Notes: generated by a model not told the origin, from the sequence alone. Counted from the whole stretch's first letter, positions 20,307 to 27,796 are shown. The stretch is DNA of 61,509 bases, filler included, from an uncultured Methanosarcinales archaeon (GCA_964587045.1; 5 parts of 4 records of this genome joined end to end with filler, not necessarily neighbours in it); one strand, 5' to 3'. Made by a program: numbers and translations.

Positions 20307-20735
20307 ATGCTGCATACCACCAAGCCTAATGATTTCTCCTCCAAGTTCGATGTCGTCAGCTGTTTCCTTGAGTCCGGCGGCGAGATACTCCTCCTCAAGC
20401 GCCTGGACCACAAGCCTGAGGGCGGTCTGTGGGGAGCGCCGGCAGGAAAGGTCGACCCTGGAGAGACTCTCAACGAGGCGATGTCGCGGGAGGTGTACCA
20501 GGAGACCGGGGTCAGGATTGATGATTTCGAATACCTGGGCAAGCTGTACGTGAGGTACCCCGCCTACGACTTCGTCTACCACACCTACAAGAGAAAGCTT
20601 GCTTCCAGGCCTGATATAAGGGTAAAGGGCGACGAGCATGACAGGTTCATATGGGTCTCCCCAAGTGGAGCCCTGCGCATGCCACTGGTCCTCGACATGG
20701 ACGGCTGCATCAGGAAGTATTACAGCCTCGGGTGA
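20307..20735 (+). CDS. NUDIX hydrolase
   Basis: PAGKVDPGETLNEAMSREVYQETG Nudix box. Confidence 0.9.
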   Translation: MLHTTKPNDFSSKFDVVSCFLESGGEILLLKRLDHKPEGGLWGAPAGKVDPGETLNEAMSREVYQETGVRIDDFEYLGKLYVRYPAYDFVYHTYKRKLASRPDIRVKGDEHDRFIWVSPSGALRMPLVLDMDGCIRKYYSLG

Positions 20736-20772
20736 CAAGATTTATTAAATCAGGAGTCACGAATCTGCTATA

Positions 20773-21420
20773 TTGGTAAAAACCCACCTCTCGTTCAAGG
20801 TCGCGCTCGCAGTGTTCCTGCTTGCAGCGCTCTCAATCGCCGGGGTCGGGATGTACATCGGAAGCTTATGGCACGTCAGTGACGCCCCCAACACGGTTTT
20901 CCTCACATTCGACGACGGCCCGAGCAACAACACCTTGGAGGTTCTTAGGATACTGGATGAAAATGATGCCAAGGCGACCTTCTTCGTACTGGGGGATAAC
21001 GTGCGCGAGCATGAGGATATCACGAAGCAGATAGTGCGCGAGGGCCACGCAATAGGTTCCCATTCCATGAGCCATTGCGTGCTTTGCGGCCATCCCGAGG
21101 CCAAGGAGTCAAAGGAACTGATAGAGTCGGTCACCAACACAACCGTGAAGTATTTCAGGCCTCCCAGAGGCTACATAACGCCCTCTGCGTACATCGATGC
21201 GAGAAGGGCCGAGCTGACTATTGTCATGTGGGACGTCTACCCGCGCGACTACGCCAAGGGTCCGGACTATGTCAGGTCGTACATCCTGGACAAGTCGACT
21301 TCGGGCAGCATAATAGTCTTGCATGACGGACCGGGCGACAGGTCTGGGATGCTGGGCGTGCTGCCAGATATCATCAAGGGGCTTCGTTCCAGGGGATTTG
21401 AGTTCTCAACCCTGGACTGA
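20773..21420 (+). CDS. polysaccharide deacetylase (NodB family), N-terminal anchor
   Basis: TFDDGP, HSMSH, FRPPRG, IVLHDG. Confidence 0.92.
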   Translation: MVKTHLSFKVALAVFLLAALSIAGVGMYIGSLWHVSDAPNTVFLTFDDGPSNNTLEVLRILDENDAKATFFVLGDNVREHEDITKQIVREGHAIGSHSMSHCVLCGHPEAKESKELIESVTNTTVKYFRPPRGYITPSAYIDARRAELTIVMWDVYPRDYAKGPDYVRSYILDKSTSGSIIVLHDGPGDRSGMLGVLPDIIKGLRSRGFEFSTLD

Positions 21421-22179
21421 CATCTTCTCCTTGGTCACTTCATAGTCCACTATTTGCAGGAAGTCTATCCTGTCCTTCGGCACGATTGAGTATATGCGTT
21501 CCAGGTCTTGTTGGTCATGGCCTATCAGCGTGAGGTAGAAGTTGCGTGCCGGAAGGTAATGCTGCAGTTCCTTCAAGGACTGTCCGAAGAGGTCGGAGCC
21601 GGTGTTGCGCCTGAAGTTCTGGGGGTTGGTCCCCTTCAGGCAGCCTGTCAGCAGGAAATGGTGCAGGCCCAGGAACTCCCACGGCCTCTTGTTGACGAAG
21701 TGCTCCTCGACCAAGATGACGTCTGAGAACAGCACGACTTCTCGGAGGTTGTGCCTATCTAGGGCTTGCCTCAGCTCCTTCCAGAACTCGCAGTAGATGG
21801 CAGGAGCCCCGCCCATGAAGTGGAAGACCTTCAGCTTGATGCCGAACTTGGGCTCGACCTCAGCTTTGAAGGAGATGAACCTCTCTACCAGCTCGTCAGC
21901 GCCCATGGTCAGGTCGGCCTTAAGGTTGTCGACGTAGCAGTAGGGGCACTTCAGAGGGCAGCCTGCAGCCTGGACTATGAAGTGGTTGTTGTAATCCTCC
22001 CATCTCCCGCCGAAGAGCTCTGCCATACGATAGGGCGACCTATCTCCCCTGTCATCGTGCGAGCCCCTGCCTTTGGCAACAGTGCAAATCCTCGCGACAT
22101 CATCGTGGTAGACGATACCGGATGATTTCTCTACATCGATCTGCTGCGTCTTGCCTATCTTGGCTATATCGACCTTCAC
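21406..22179 (-). CDS. radical SAM-like protein
   Basis: GCPLKCPYC (CxxxCxxC) and FMGGAP. Confidence 0.7.
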   Translation of the reverse strand: MKVDIAKIGKTQQIDVEKSSGIVYHDDVARICTVAKGRGSHDDRGDRSPYRMAELFGGRWEDYNNHFIVQAAGCPLKCPYCYVDNLKADLTMGADELVERFISFKAEVEPKFGIKLKVFHFMGGAPAIYCEFWKELRQALDRHNLREVVLFSDVILVEEHFVNKRPWEFLGLHHFLLTGCLKGTNPQNFRRNTGSDLFGQSLKELQHYLPARNFYLTLIGHDQQDLERIYSIVPKDRIDFLQIVDYEVTKEKMSVQG

Positions 22180-22619
22180 ATGGCTCCCCCGTGGTAGTCC
22201 AACCTGTAGATCTCATTGCCTTTGTAGAGGATCCTCTCAACCCCTGTGAACCTGGGGATACCACCATCTGTTTTATTGGTGTACTTGAGATTCCCTTTGG
22301 TTAACAGGCGTGGCCCTCTGAACGGGCTTTCCCTTGTAACAAGTCTCAATGCGTTCTTTAGGAAGCTGTAGACCTCTTTTGCAGGCATAGCGTCTGAGGT
22401 TATCTTCCCGAAATAGTTCATCGACCAGATTATCTTTCCGTCCTCCCAAACGGTTTCCTGGCCTGAGAACGGGTTGAACCCGTAATACTTATCTTGGTAC
22501 CTATACTTGCCCTCTTGGCATGTCAGCACCTTGCACCCGTCCGGGAGAGTTCTCTCCAGGCTTTGCTCGCTTGCGTATGTCGCGCGCTTGGCTCTGACCA
22601 GAAATTTGCTCAATCCCAT
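22176..22619 (-). CDS. DUF5680-like protein
   Basis: YQDKYYGFNPFSGQETV...WSMNYFG...PFRGP...YHGG pattern. Confidence 0.7.
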   Translation of the reverse strand: MGLSKFLVRAKRATYASEQSLERTLPDGCKVLTCQEGKYRYQDKYYGFNPFSGQETVWEDGKIIWSMNYFGKITSDAMPAKEVYSFLKNALRLVTRESPFRGPRLLTKGNLKYTNKTDGGIPRFTGVERILYKGNEIYRLDYHGGAM

Positions 22620-22675
22620 AGTTTATAGGGAAAAATGGTATTATTTAAAGCTTATTCAGCCGCAGCTTGGGTGAT

Positions 22676-22703
22676 ATTGAGCATGATTCCTGTTATGTGT
22701 TTT
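22676..22703 (+). repeat. dif-like site 1 (degenerate left arm): ATTGAGCATGA TTCCTG TTATGTGTTTT
   Basis: Read directly; sits at the GC/AT boundary. Confidence 0.75.
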
Positions 22704-22827
22704 TTCTGAAAGAAAAAATGCTGAAGCGTAGGCACAGTATGACACAGAGAAAAAGTAGATCTTTTGATTAGAAAAATACTCCTTATGAATAGTAATGTTT
22801 ATATAACAAGTTCTAATTCCGATTTGA

Positions 22828-23382
22828 ATGGGAACACGAATGCTTACAAACCGAGAGTTAACTGATTTAATGGGTTTGAAATTAAATATAGAAATTCTTT
22901 CTGGTGACAACAAAGAGATGGTTGAAGGGTGTCTTGCTCCTGCAGAGAATGGGATTGAAGCATGTGTGTTTTATCATCATGGAAGTGAAACAAAATCAAC
23001 CCTTGCTCATGAAATAGTTGTCGCTCATTATCCAATTTACTCAAAAGAAAGATATATGGCTGTAAATAAAATATTGAAGAAGTTTGCAAAAATTGTAGAA
23101 GGAGCTAAGGAAAAAGGTGCCTATGAACCATTTGATTTTGATGCTTTAAATAAACTTCCCGCTGAAATATGTTATCCATCTCCTTCTAAAGGAGAGATTT
23201 GGCAACCTTCAATTAGATTATATAGGGGAACACCTGTGTGGGATGCAAATGGGCAGTTGAGAATGAATTTTGTTGGGACATCAACAACCAGCTATTTGTC
23301 CTTAGCTTATAAATCGCATAATAGGGGTGCAGAAGCACTAAATAATGCAGGTATAGCGACAACTACCTCTATACTTCAATAA
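22828..23382 (+). CDS. cassette A: hypothetical protein
   Basis: 184-aa ORF; TTTATATA at 22798-22805. Confidence 0.75.
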   Translation: MGTRMLTNRELTDLMGLKLNIEILSGDNKEMVEGCLAPAENGIEACVFYHHGSETKSTLAHEIVVAHYPIYSKERYMAVNKILKKFAKIVEGAKEKGAYEPFDFDALNKLPAEICYPSPSKGEIWQPSIRLYRGTPVWDANGQLRMNFVGTSTTSYLSLAYKSHNRGAEALNNAGIATTTSILQ

Positions 23383-23447
23383 CAACCACAGATCTTAGGA
23401 TTATTTTTTACCTATTAGTGTGATCTTATCACTTTTTCTGGAGTAAT

Positions 23448-23475
23448 ATTGCACATAATTCCTGTTATGTCTCCC
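23448..23475 (+). repeat. dif-like site 2: ATTGCACATAA TTCCTG TTATGTCTCCC
   Basis: Read directly. Confidence 0.85.
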
Positions 23476-23611
23476 GACGACTGAAAGGAGGAGAGCGCAG
23501 CGGGGCACAATCCGAAGGATTTTGGGTTCAGAATTCGGGTGTATTTAATATTAACTTCCAAGTAGTAAATTATTCGAAATGTTTATAAATATTAGATTAA
23601 TAACTACCAAT

Positions 23612-23980
23612 ATGAGAGAAGCAATTACCCAATTATTTCAACAAGTTGGAAAAGATTATCAAGATAGAGGAGTTGCTGAATTTGATTTACATCAAGGTCA
23701 CGATGTTCATGCATTTTATAGACTTTCAGGTTATCCATCTAAAGTAGTTCATGTTCAAGGTTATACGGGAATGAGTTCTGACAATGAAGCAAGAGTTTGG
23801 GCAAGAATGATGGATTATGACCTAATGATGAAAATAAGAGGGAGTGGAGGAGTTTCAGTAGGAAACGAACATGAAGCAACAACAGAACAATTTCCAAATT
23901 TTGAAAATGGAATAATGATTCCATATGATTCAAAAGTTCTTGAAGATAAATTGGCGGAAAACGTTCCAGAGTTGAAATAA
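23612..23980 (+). CDS. cassette B: hypothetical protein
   Basis: ORF from MREAITQ; TTTATAAA at 23582-23589. Confidence 0.75.
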   Translation: MREAITQLFQQVGKDYQDRGVAEFDLHQGHDVHAFYRLSGYPSKVVHVQGYTGMSSDNEARVWARMMDYDLMMKIRGSGGVSVGNEHEATTEQFPNFENGIMIPYDSKVLEDKLAENVPELK

Positions 23981-24017
23981 ACGCCCCGCTTCTTATAAGT
24001 GTTAAGTCTTTTTCTCA

Positions 24018-24045
24018 ATTGAAACTAATCCTTGTTATACGTTTT
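24018..24045 (+). repeat. dif-like site 3: ATTGAAACTAA TCCTTG TTATACGTTTT
   Basis: Read directly. Confidence 0.85.
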
Positions 24046-24107
24046 TTCTGCAAGAAAAAAATCACGGAGTGAAATGGAGCGACAGTATGACGCAGAGAGC
24101 TTTTCCG

Positions 24108-24605
24108 TCACTTGTTGAAAAAATTAACACATTCTGGAATTACTTTTAGAAATTTATCTGGACTATTTTTTAACTCATTAAGTAATTCTTCTTTTGAAAA
24201 CCACTTAATTTTTTCAACTTCCTCTTCTTGAATTGTAAACTCTTCGATTTTTTTATCGACTAAGGCAAAAAACCATTGAGTAAAATGTTTATGTTGTCCC
24301 TCGTGAAAATGATGAAACGACTTTTGAAATTCTTGATTCTTTAAACCAATCTCTTCTTCAGCTTCTTTAACAATATTGGATTCATAAGATTCTCCTTCAT
24401 CAATAGTTCCTGCAACCGCGGGACCCCATTGACCTGGATTATTCTTTTTATTGAATGATCTTTGTGCAAGGAGAATCTCACCTCTTGAATTTTGAATCCA
24501 TAAAGCTGAAACTCTATAAATATCTGATTGGTTTAAAGATCCTCTTTCTTTAGAACCTATAATTTCATCATTTTCATTAACAATAATTATTTTTGCCTTA
24601 GACAT
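24108..24605 (-). CDS. cassette C: NUDIX hydrolase (IDI/YfcD-like)
   Basis: LAQRSFNK..PGQW..AVAGTIDEGESY....KEAEEEIG. Confidence 0.9.
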   Translation of the reverse strand: MSKAKIIIVNENDEIIGSKERGSLNQSDIYRVSALWIQNSRGEILLAQRSFNKKNNPGQWGPAVAGTIDEGESYESNIVKEAEEEIGLKNQEFQKSFHHFHEGQHKHFTQWFFALVDKKIEEFTIQEEEVEKIKWFSKEELLNELKNSPDKFLKVIPECVNFFNK

Positions 24606-24664
24606 ATATTTTTACAATTCAAGAAGTAATATAAATTTATCGAAAGGAAAAGCTCTCGAGTAAT

Positions 24665-24692
24665 ATTGCGTATAACCGATGTTATGTCCTTT
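24665..24692 (+). repeat. dif-like site 4: ATTGCGTATAA CCGATG TTATGTCCTTT
   Basis: Read directly. Confidence 0.85.
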
Positions 24693-24794
24693 TCCCATAC
24701 GGAGTGTGGGAAAACTGCGTCCGCAGAGTCGGGAAAGGACAATTCCATCTAGCACGAAGTGCAATTAAGAAAACAATTAAAGGCAAAAACAAAA

Positions 24795-25481
24795 TTATTT
24801 ATACATGGAAACAACTTTTTCTAGAGCGGGAAGATGGTCGGGTCTAAAGTTAAGTTCTTTTCTTATATCTTTGCCAACTAAAGAACCAATAGGAACCCAT
24901 CTTTGAGATGCAATCTCATCTGAACCTCTTACATGACCTATTCTACAGACATAATATTCACACATCTCTGACTGTTTATACTTATCTTGTCCAGAATTAT
25001 CTATAACAGGAACTTTCATTATAAACTGTAGATTTTTTGGGTCAATACTTATGCCCTGTTCTTCTTGAAAACCTCTTAATACAGAGTCAAAATAACTTTC
25101 CCTAACATTTACATGTTCAGAAACACTTACATCACTCATTGAAGGAAATAAATCTTTTTTAGAAGATCTTGTTGGAACAAGTATTTCATCATTATCATTA
25201 ATAATGAATGCGTTTGCACCTCTATGATAAAATCCTTTTAACCTATCATCTCCATGACATTCTTTTCTATAGAAAACAAGGTCATTTCCTTCGACGTTAT
25301 AAGGTCTATCGTTTTGATCAAAAATTTGGAACCATTCGTATTTGCTACCTTCTACCTCCTGTTCTTTATCACCTAAGGCAGTATCATCCATAGAAGTAGC
25401 TAATACTAAGCCATTATCTTTTACAGAAAAATTAAGTGTTCTACCTGCAATATTTTCCAATTCTTTTTTTGTGATATTCAT
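24795..25481 (-). CDS. cassette D: NUDIX hydrolase (IDI-like) with N-terminal extension
   Basis: YHRGANAFI...TRSSKKDLFP...SEHV..RESY...RGFQEEQG. Confidence 0.85.
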   Translation of the reverse strand: MNITKKELENIAGRTLNFSVKDNGLVLATSMDDTALGDKEQEVEGSKYEWFQIFDQNDRPYNVEGNDLVFYRKECHGDDRLKGFYHRGANAFIINDNDEILVPTRSSKKDLFPSMSDVSVSEHVNVRESYFDSVLRGFQEEQGISIDPKNLQFIMKVPVIDNSGQDKYKQSEMCEYYVCRIGHVRGSDEIASQRWVPIGSLVGKDIRKELNFRPDHLPALEKVVSMYK

Positions 25482-25557
25482 TTATTGTTGTTACTATTTA
25501 GTAGTATATAAATATTTCGATTTTGTTTTTGCCTAACCTAGTTTTTGTCCTTTCCCG

Positions 25558-25585
25558 ATTGAAACTAATCACTGTTAGTTTCTTT
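25558..25585 (+). repeat. dif-like site 5: ATTGAAACTAA TCACTG TTAGTTTCTTT
   Basis: Read directly. Confidence 0.85.
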
Positions 25586-25740
25586 TACCCTACGAAGTGG
25601 GGTAAAATTGCGTCCGCAAAGTTGAGTTTGAGTTTTCCTTCCACGTTTTACATTCATTTTTATATCAAGGGTCGCCCTAATAAATAGTAACTAAATAGTA
25701 GTAAATAGTAAAAAAGTTTATAAACTATAGTATTTACACT

Positions 25741-26289
25741 ATGAATATGGCATTAAGTGAACACTTTTGGAATAAATTAGGAGGATATGTTAGAGCAGGA
25801 AATAGAGTTGCCGAGCTATACCATGGCGAAAAAGATGATATTCTTAGGGGATTAGCTGAAATTGTTTCAGATGAAGGAGTGGTATATGGTGTTGATCATC
25901 TAAATCCATTTGAAAGACATAATAATATGCGAGAATTGCAGAAATTATCAAATGTCAGATTATTGAAAGCATCAATTCCACCACTGCCAGCTGAAGTTTC
26001 TAATTTGGATGCTGTTTTAATCAGAGAATTTATTTGGACTTATCCTCTTCCTTATAATGGTTCTGAAAATCCACAAACATACGAAGCAATTGATACAGCT
26101 GTAAATGTTGGGGGACATTTTATTTTACATTTAAATCCTACAGAACAAGAGAATGAGAAACGAAAGCACCCAATGTATCAAGATACTATGAACCGGCAAC
26201 TTCCTCATTTTCAAAAAGTATATAATCGCGAGGATTTGATAGTCTATCAAAAAACTTCTTCTAGGACATTAAATAGGGCGACCCAATAA
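25741..26289 (+). CDS. cassette E: class I SAM-methyltransferase-like fold protein
   Basis: GNRVAELYHG...LAEIVSDEGVVYGVD...LDAVLI...VGGHFIL resembles a degenerate MTase. Confidence 0.6.
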   Translation: MNMALSEHFWNKLGGYVRAGNRVAELYHGEKDDILRGLAEIVSDEGVVYGVDHLNPFERHNNMRELQKLSNVRLLKASIPPLPAEVSNLDAVLIREFIWTYPLPYNGSENPQTYEAIDTAVNVGGHFILHLNPTEQENEKRKHPMYQDTMNRQLPHFQKVYNREDLIVYQKTSSRTLNRATQ

Positions 26290-26310
26290 ATTAGAGAAAA
26301 CTCAAACTCA

Positions 26311-26338
26311 ATTGAAACTAACCCTTGTTATGTGGGGA
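26311..26338 (+). repeat. dif-like site 6: ATTGAAACTAA CCCTTG TTATGTGGGGA
   Basis: Read directly. Confidence 0.85.
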
Positions 26339-26372
26339 GACTGCAAGTCGACCGACCGAAGGGACAGTTGAA

Positions 26373-26768
26373 CTAAGAAAATTTACTAGCATACTCAATC
26401 CAATTTTTATGATGTAAAGATAATTTATCCGCCACTTGCATTATTCTACCATAAATTGTTGTAGGTGTCTGTTTTCTTCTATGATTGAGAATACAATCTG
26501 AAATTTCTTCTTTAAAGGATTTAAATTCAGGATACTTTTGCAAAAATTTATCTAAATATTGAAGGCCTAGTTCATGATGTTTATCTTTATCATCTTTCCT
26601 TCCAATATCATGAATCCAACCTGAGATATCAAAAACAATTGGATTTAGATCAGTATTCTTAATCATATTATTACAACAATCTATTACACAAGCAGAATGA
26701 ATTTTTATTTTTTCATCATTCCATTCTTGTTCAAAAAATTCTTTTGCTTTTGAATATGCGTCACTCAT
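26373..26768 (-). CDS. cassette F: HD-domain phosphohydrolase
   Basis: H...WIHDIG...HH...H...ADKL. Confidence 0.88.
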   Translation of the reverse strand: MSDAYSKAKEFFEQEWNDEKIKIHSACVIDCCNNMIKNTDLNPIVFDISGWIHDIGRKDDKDKHHELGLQYLDKFLQKYPEFKSFKEEISDCILNHRRKQTPTTIYGRIMQVADKLSLHHKNWIEYASKFS

Positions 26769-26811
26769 AGAAATTAAATTGTATTTAAGGTATATAAATT
26801 TTCTTAGTTCA

Positions 26812-26822
26812 ATTGCACATAA
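26812..26822 (+). repeat. dif-like site 7, left arm only (ATTGCACATAA; contig ends here)
   Basis: Identical to the left arm of site 2; followed by Ns. Confidence 0.75.
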
Positions 26823-26922
26823 NNNNNNNNNNNNNNNNNNNNNNNNNNNNNNNNNNNNNNNNNNNNTTAATTAATTAANNNNNNNNNNNNNNNNNNNNNN
26901 NNNNNNNNNNNNNNNNNNNNNN
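26823..26922. other. assembly linker (N-TTAATTAATTAA-N)
   Basis: N run with stop linker. Confidence 0.98.
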
Positions 26923-27232
26923 ACAAGGAATAGGTTCTGTAATTGAGGAAACGCCAACAGGCCCATTATTTCACATCCAACCATTAGCTACAAATGCTGG
27001 AAACCTTAAGTTGTTAAAAATCCGAAAGCCAGACACAACAAGACCGGAGTTGGGGGATGCTGATTTTACGGTTTCGGATTATCCTGGATTCAAGAAGAAA
27101 TATTTGCCACGAAAAGAGTTTAAATTGATAATACGCGAAGACTTCGAGATGATTGAACTTACAGATTCTCGATTTAATATGAGGGCATACTTTTCGAATC
27201 CACCTCTGGATAAACAGCTCGGGATTGAATAA
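26923..27232 (+). CDS. hypothetical protein, C-terminal part (5' truncated by gap)
   Basis: Reading frame ending KIRKPDTTRPELGDADFTVSDY...RAYFSNPPLDKQLGIE. Confidence 0.6.
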
Positions 27233-27241
27233 CCCAAAGCA

Positions 27242-27778
27242 TCATCCCAGCTGCCTGAAGCGCCCTTCTGCGGTTGCGTCGTAATACCCCGCAGGCGGCA
27301 TCTTGAAACCCAGCTTGTCGAACCTGGCCCTGAAAAACAGGAGACCATCAGTCGTGATGGTATCAGCAACGTATAGCCTTCCAGGAGTCTCGCCGATGAT
27401 TGGTAGCAACTCCTCCCAAGCAACATGCCTAGCATCGAAGCCGATCACCTGCTTGTCCACAAACTCCTCCAGGGAGCTTATCCTGTATCTTTCCTTTGCA
27501 GCATCTCCTACGACCTGCCAGAAACCTTCGGTGGTTTCAGGCTTGCATACGGGACATGTGATGAAGCCAAGCTGCACCAGCTTTCGCAAGCCCTCATCGC
27601 CCTTCGCGAGCAGCACCTCAGCCTTGCCTTTCGGGCCACGATTGCCAGCTGGGCAGCCAGGACTCCCGAAAAGCCCTGTCGACAGCCGCGCTGACCAAAG
27701 CTCATCCCTGGACGCGACGACTTGCCTGAGGTCGGTGAGCTTGTAATCACCTTCCGAAAACAAGAAATATTTTACCAT
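27242..27778 (-). CDS. hypothetical protein with Ada metal-binding-like motif
   Basis: STGLFGSPGC...LGFITCPVCKP resembles Ada TTGIFCRPSC...GFRPCKRCRP. Confidence 0.6.
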   Translation of the reverse strand: MVKYFLFSEGDYKLTDLRQVVASRDELWSARLSTGLFGSPGCPAGNRGPKGKAEVLLAKGDEGLRKLVQLGFITCPVCKPETTEGFWQVVGDAAKERYRISSLEEFVDKQVIGFDARHVAWEELLPIIGETPGRLYVADTITTDGLLFFRARFDKLGFKMPPAGYYDATAEGRFRQLG

Positions 27779-27796
27779 AGCAAAGGACCAAAACCG

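Larger units (their letters stand above)
22676..26822 (+). mobile_element. array of six single-gene cassettes separated by co-oriented dif-like sites (runs into gap)
   Basis: Abrupt AT-rich block; seven 11-6-11 sites, one in each intergenic region; cassette-specific inverted repeats. Confidence 0.85.

Noticed and set aside
22700..24060. T-rich hairpins as simple intrinsic terminators
   Set aside because: They sit at a fixed position after each dif-like site regardless of neighbouring gene direction, including upstream of + strand genes; a secondary terminator role is not excluded.
22676..26822. CRISPR array or canonical attC integron interpretation
   Set aside because: Units are 500-900 bp and contain whole genes; only 6 bp separate the TAA and TTA arms, with no L boxes between; genes face both ways; no intI or cas genes.
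26923..27232. Continuation of the cassette array after the gap
   Set aside because: The gene fragment is AT-richer, but no dif-like site follows it and adjacency across the linker is unproven.
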